Shown here piece by piece: positions 59,560 to 64,000 of a stretch of DNA of 64,000 bases. This stretch comes from an uncultured Chlamydiae bacterium (GTDB lineage Bacteria > Chlamydiota > Chlamydiia > Chlamydiales > SM23-39), in assembly GCA_963730605.1 (NCBI GenBank), contig CAVSSM010000001.1:544001-608000 (forward strand), in the 5' to 3' direction. Each line of letters begins with the position of its first letter. Within the stretch, counting starts at the first letter, position 1. A program made the translations under genes and the position numbers. The notes under the pieces were generated by a model. It saw nothing but the letters and a program-made list of their open reading frames with translations. It ran no database searches and was not told the DNA's origin.

Positions 59560-61005
59560 TGAAGTGGACCCCGAAAACTGGACAGGTTAGTTAGTTTGCT
59601 TCATGCTACTTAACCCACTGAGCATGGAGATAAAGAAATGACCAAGAGGCCACGAACCCCTCGAACAGCCGCGTTCAAAAAGAAGGTCGCATTGGAAGCG
59701 CTGCGAGAGGATAAAACGCTTAGCCAATTAGCCACCGAGTACGGCGTCCACCCTCTGCTGATCGGCAGATGGAAAAAGGAGTTGGTGGATGGAGCCGAGA
59801 GTCTGTTTGAGGGAAAAAAGAGCCGCAAACAGGACGGTGAGTTCGATCAAGAGGTCCTCGAGAAAAAAATCGGTCGATTGACGGTAGAAATCGATTTTCT
59901 TAAAAAAAAACTGGGCTATTGACGGTCGAGGAAAAAAAGCTATGGATAGACGATCAGCATACAGAACTGTCGATAGCAGCCCAATGCAAGCTTCTGAGCA
60001 TCCAGCGTTCCAGCTATTACTACAGCAACGTGCCCATCAAGCCTTCGGAGTTGCAGCTTATGCGCCGCGTCGACGAAATCTACACGGCACGGTCATTTCT
60101 GGGCTCGCGCAAGATTGCTCAGGAGTTGAAGAGGGAAGGCTGCGACGTCAATCGCAAGCATGTACAGCGGATTATGCGGCTCTTGGGATTGGCCAGCAAC
60201 CAGCCAGGACCCAATACCTCCAAGCCGCACCCGGAGCACATCAAATTTCCCTACCTGCTAGGCGGCGTGGTGTTGATGGCGCCGTTGATTGCCTGGAGCA
60301 CGGATATCACGTATATTCGGCTGCCAAACGGGTTTGTGTACCTCGTCGCTGTAATCCGACTGGTTCAGCCGCCTGGTGCTATCCTATCGCCTCTCCAACA
60401 GCTTGGAGACGAGCTTTTGCCTGGATGCCCTCGAAGAAGCGATAGAACAGCACGGGAGGCCCAAAATCTTCAATACCGACCAAGGCGTGCAATTTACCTC
60501 GAAAGAGTTCGTTCAGGCGATGATTGGCCGCGATATTCGCTTCAGCATGGACGGCCGAGGCCGCGCCTTGGACAACGTGTTCGTGGAACGGCTATGGAGA
60601 TCGGTGAAGTATGAGAACGTGTATTTGCAAGACTACCAAAGCGTGCCTGAAGCAAGGATCGGCCTTGCCAGCTATTTTCAGTACTACAACACCAAGAGAC
60701 CACACCAGGTGCTCGGCTACAAAACACCTCACGAGGTGCACTATGCACAATGAACACCGGGTCGCGCCCGCGCGCGCGCACGGGGGAACCCCCGTGCTTC
60801 TGTTTACCTGCGGATCTGAAGATATGTGTAGCTCTGAACAAAAAGCAAAGGAGTGTGTATTAAAAAACAGTTGTGAGTAAATCTGTTGTTTTGATAGGCT
60901 GCTCAACCGACAGCAGCCGTTGTTCCTTCTCAAAGAAGGAAAACGAAACGGTAGAGGCAAACTAGTTTAGCCTAAAAAGTTGTCCAGTCGATTGGGTCCA
61001 CCTCA
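59560..61005 (+). mobile_element. IS3-family element
   Basis: TIR tga(a/g)gtggaccc..actggaca; orfA 59638-59922; orfB 59919-60753 (WSTDITYI, NTDQG, DNVFVERLWRSVKYE) with an extra shift near 60356; no TSD. Confidence 0.92.
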
Positions 61006-61085
61006 ATCTTCCCATCGTCGATACCATCAAAGTCTTGTCAAAAAAACTAGTAGCTGAGGCACGAATCTGAAAGGAATTCTGATAA

Positions 61086-61259
61086 GAGGGTGTCTACAAA
61101 GTGAGGGAACGCCCGAGTTTTTGGATTATTTTGGTCGCTTTTCAACTTCAAAGCTTGGGGGGCCATATACTGCTGTCGATATTGCCCCCCAAGTCTTGAA
61201 TCGAAAATCGGCTCAAAAGAACCGAAAAATCGACAGAACCTCACTTTGCAGACACCCTC
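61086..61259. mobile_element. MITE family C, copy 3
   Basis: Near-identical to the other copies; TAA duplication. Confidence 0.9.
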
Positions 61260-61352
61260 TAAAGGAAAGGCCGGTTGCTGAAATCATTAATTCTAAAAAT
61301 CGCCTTTCCGATATATTTTTAGCTTTCGAAGAAAGGATACAAAGAGCTTCGC

Positions 61353-62174
61353 ATGTTTAAAACCGGAAGAATTTTCACATTTGTAATATTATATTCTTTC
61401 TGTTTATCAGCAGACACATCGCTTCTCTCTAAAATTCCTCTCAATATTTGGCAAACAGACAAGATCAAAGAATTATCAATGCCTGCTATTGAGGCTCAGC
61501 AAACGTGGATCAGCCTCAATCCAGAGTTTTCTTGTTTTTTGTACGATGATGCGGATATTGAAAACTATATTCATCAAAAGTCGTCTCCCGACTTTCTCGA
61601 TTTATTTCATGCTCTACCGATTGGCGCCATGAAGGCTGATTTATGGCGCTATTTGATTTTGGCTACTGAGGGGGGAGTCTATTCCGACATCGACTCGATC
61701 TGCATACTGCCAATTCGAGAATGGCCATTGAATGGCTCTACATCAAATCATGTATTGCTGATTGATTTAGATTGCAATCAGAGCCAATTTTGTCAGTGGA
61801 CTTTTGCGTCTACGCCAGGGCATCCTGCGATGAAGTATGTATGCAATTATGTGTTAAAAAAATGGAAGAAAAAGGGCATTACTCTATATAGCGACGGCAC
61901 GATTAATGTGCTAGCTACAACAGGTCCAGCCATTTTCTCTTCGGCTATTAAAAAGTACATTGACGAACCACAAGATGTGGCCGCTTTTAAAATTTTAAAA
62001 AAATATGTCAAAGATAAAGAATATCGCAAACGGCTCAATCGATTAGGCATTTTTTTCACCCCTAAAGGTTACTTTAGTGGCGTAGGAGCAAAAAACTTAT
62101 TTTGGGGCAGTTGGGCAAAAGAAGCCAAAAAATTAGCTGAAGAGAGAAACGGCTTTCAGGTTCAAAATTTATGA
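61353..62174 (+). CDS. GT32 (Och1-like) DXD glycosyltransferase
   Basis: IPLNIWQT, ADLWRYLIL..EGGVYSDID and TGP. Confidence 0.88.
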   Translation: MFKTGRIFTFVILYSFCLSADTSLLSKIPLNIWQTDKIKELSMPAIEAQQTWISLNPEFSCFLYDDADIENYIHQKSSPDFLDLFHALPIGAMKADLWRYLILATEGGVYSDIDSICILPIREWPLNGSTSNHVLLIDLDCNQSQFCQWTFASTPGHPAMKYVCNYVLKKWKKKGITLYSDGTINVLATTGPAIFSSAIKKYIDEPQDVAAFKILKKYVKDKEYRKRLNRLGIFFTPKGYFSGVGAKNLFWGSWAKEAKKLAEERNGFQVQNL

Positions 62175-62222
62175 AGGCCATTGGGGGGGAGGCAAGGGGT
62201 CTGAAATGAATTCTATGGTCTT

Positions 62223-62576
62223 TTATAATTCCTTCTTTGCCCTCTTGCGGCCGATCTCGTAGACAGGATAGATATCAATGACCATTTCTTCGTAAGGATG
62301 GGCTTTTTTGATCTCTTCCAGGACGTTCTCAAGAACGTCTTTCGAACAGACCGTTTCAATCCGTTCCTCAGCCACTTCCTCTAGGACACCTTCTTTGCCA
62401 AGATAGGGGTGCGAGCCCTGATTCGGCATAAAGCGGCCGATCCCTTTGCCCGAATAGCTGCAAAACGAATAATTGCCAACTCTCCCCGCTCCAGCGCGGC
62501 CCATAGCTTCTCGCACAGCATCGGCATGGCTTTCAGGCACAGTGAAGACGATGGTCACATCATTTGATGGCTGCAA
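62223..62576 (-). CDS. YqfO/NIF3 PII-like domain protein
   Basis: AGAGRVGNYSFCSY and AHPYEE. Confidence 0.88.
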   Translation of the reverse strand: MQPSNDVTIVFTVPESHADAVREAMGRAGAGRVGNYSFCSYSGKGIGRFMPNQGSHPYLGKEGVLEEVAEERIETVCSKDVLENVLEEIKKAHPYEEMVIDIYPVYEIGRKRAKKEL

Positions 62577-62599
62577 CGGTTGATCTCCTCTATTTCCGT

Positions 62600-63163
62600 C
62601 TATCTTGCAAAATGCTCTCCGAGAAGTGCATCTAATCGAATGTAAGCTGAAACGGGCAGGATCCGCTCTTTGGGGGGAGCGGGCTTTAGTCTTATAAAAT
62701 ATTCATCCACATTTCCGATCTCCAGGATATCATCCACATCAAAATTGCTTACATGATCGAGGATTACGACATCGTCTTTGTGGATCGTCTCCAAACCTTG
62801 GCAAAGCTCGGATTTAGCCCTTCGCACCGCTTCCGGCGCAGCCTCAGCAACATAGAAAGCGCTCTGATGATATTCGGTAAACTCATGGGATTTATAGGCG
62901 CCGAGATTGATAAAGTAGAGCTTCCTAGCAGAATTTACCTCGGTAGCATCTTTCACCAACTCGATTTCATAGCTATCGACATTTTTCAAATGAAGATAGG
63001 AATCGATATGGAACCCTTTTAAATTCCCAAACCATTTCTTAGCAAGCAAGGGATAAGTCTCTTCTATACAAGGGCCAACGACGAACACGACATCGTGCAG
63101 CTCGATATTACACCGGTCCGCGCGTCCGCCGAGATAAACTGCGAATAGTTTTTGTTCCTGCAT
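62600..63163 (-). CDS. DUF1543-like protein
   Basis: LGGR..NIELHDVVF, HIDS and LYFINLG. Confidence 0.8.
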   Translation of the reverse strand: MQEQKLFAVYLGGRADRCNIELHDVVFVVGPCIEETYPLLAKKWFGNLKGFHIDSYLHLKNVDSYEIELVKDATEVNSARKLYFINLGAYKSHEFTEYHQSAFYVAEAAPEAVRRAKSELCQGLETIHKDDVVILDHVSNFDVDDILEIGNVDEYFIRLKPAPPKERILPVSAYIRLDALLGEHFAR

Positions 63164-63165
63164 AA

Positions 63166-63990
63166 TTAGATCGCCTCCTCGATATGAGGGATGAGTTCTA
63201 AGAAGAGCTCATCGGGGTTCTTGTCCGTGTAATCGCCCTTTAACGGGGCCGCGTCACAGTCTGATAGGACTTTCTCCTCAAAAAACAGCTTTTCCAATTG
63301 GATATAGGCGGTCAATGGATCGAATGGGCGGTACTTGTCGATAAGGGAATAATGGAAACAGACCGAAGGGATCCCAAGAGTATCGAGAGCTTTTTGCACG
63401 CCTTTGACTTGGCTCATTTTATCATCGGCAAAAACGACCTTGGAGGGACGAAAATCGGTCTTTGAAAAAAGCTCTAAAATGAGATCGCCTTTATCTTCGA
63501 TGGGGTAGGCAAAGAAAATGCCGCGAGCATAGCTGGGATGCGAAAAAAGGGGGTTGTTTGCACATTTGTCGAAAGAGCTAAAATCAAATCCTGCTTGTTT
63601 AAGATGGGTGACGCTCAATTCTTCACCATCTATACCAAATAGGTCATACCAATGCTCCCTCCCACGAGCTGACAGGCAAAATACGGGCCCATTTTTTTCC
63701 TGCAAAGCCTTCACGCATGCAGGAGCATTGTTTTCGACGGGGACATAAGGAACCCGATTCGCAATGAAGAGGGTGAGTTTGTCATGGATTTGCTCTACCT
63801 GCTCCGGCATTCTGATTTTTGCCATAACATGGCACACATAGCGTCTCCATGCTTTGCCGCCAAGCATGATCGGCGATTCAATAAGCGTTTCATCGATATC
63901 TAGAAAGACAAACGTCTTTGGATCCACTTCCAAAATAAGCTCATCGATCCGATCTATTTCTCGGATCTCTGCCATCAACATCGATTGCAA
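63166..63990 (-). CDS. DUF2608-like HAD-superfamily protein (start uncertain, at window edge)
   Basis: LDIDETL and VVFADD motifs. Confidence 0.75.
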   Translation of the reverse strand: MQSMLMAEIREIDRIDELILEVDPKTFVFLDIDETLIESPIMLGGKAWRRYVCHVMAKIRMPEQVEQIHDKLTLFIANRVPYVPVENNAPACVKALQEKNGPVFCLSARGREHWYDLFGIDGEELSVTHLKQAGFDFSSFDKCANNPLFSHPSYARGIFFAYPIEDKGDLILELFSKTDFRPSKVVFADDKMSQVKGVQKALDTLGIPSVCFHYSLIDKYRPFDPLTAYIQLEKLFFEEKVLSDCDAAPLKGDYTDKNPDELFLELIPHIEEAI

Positions 63991-64000
63991 AAACAGAAGG

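Noticed and set aside
60754..60980. GC-rich hairpins after IS3 orfB as an ncRNA
   Set aside because: They lie inside the IS3 inverted repeats and have no independent support.
501..61259. Dispersed repeats as a CRISPR array
   Set aside because: There is no regular repeat-spacer series and no cas genes; the repeats have TIRs and TSDs.

Overview
The window looks like part of an environmental Chlamydiae (Chlamydiota) chromosome. It carries the conserved chlamydial block pckG-mreB-SNF2/SWIM helicase-tRNA-Gly-tig-clpP-clpX and the injectisome operon (scc4, cdsD-E-F-G, CT668-like, cdsN-O-P-Q, cdsC). It also has manC, cyoABCD, a HipBST-like toxin-antitoxin module, MOMP-like porins and many IS elements (IS630 nested in IS630, ISAzo13, IS3, ISAs1 and ISNCY relics). 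The most unusual part is a ~12 kb island (21-33 kb) just upstream of the T3SS operon. It holds SctE- and SctB-like translocator candidates, several small helical secreted-type proteins, a relocated Pkn5 kinase, four paralogous CT635-like putative chaperones and a stand-alone IS5 transposase DNA-binding domain, with no TPR translocator chaperone in the window. The secretin is very large (1454 aa, ten extra ~80-aa periplasmic repeats). Six families of 156-174 bp MITEs with clear target-site duplications are scattered throughout; one has replaced the start codon of a lipoprotein gene. Many core genes are frameshifted, most likely by sequencing indels. All family assignments come from motif recognition by eye, not from database searches.
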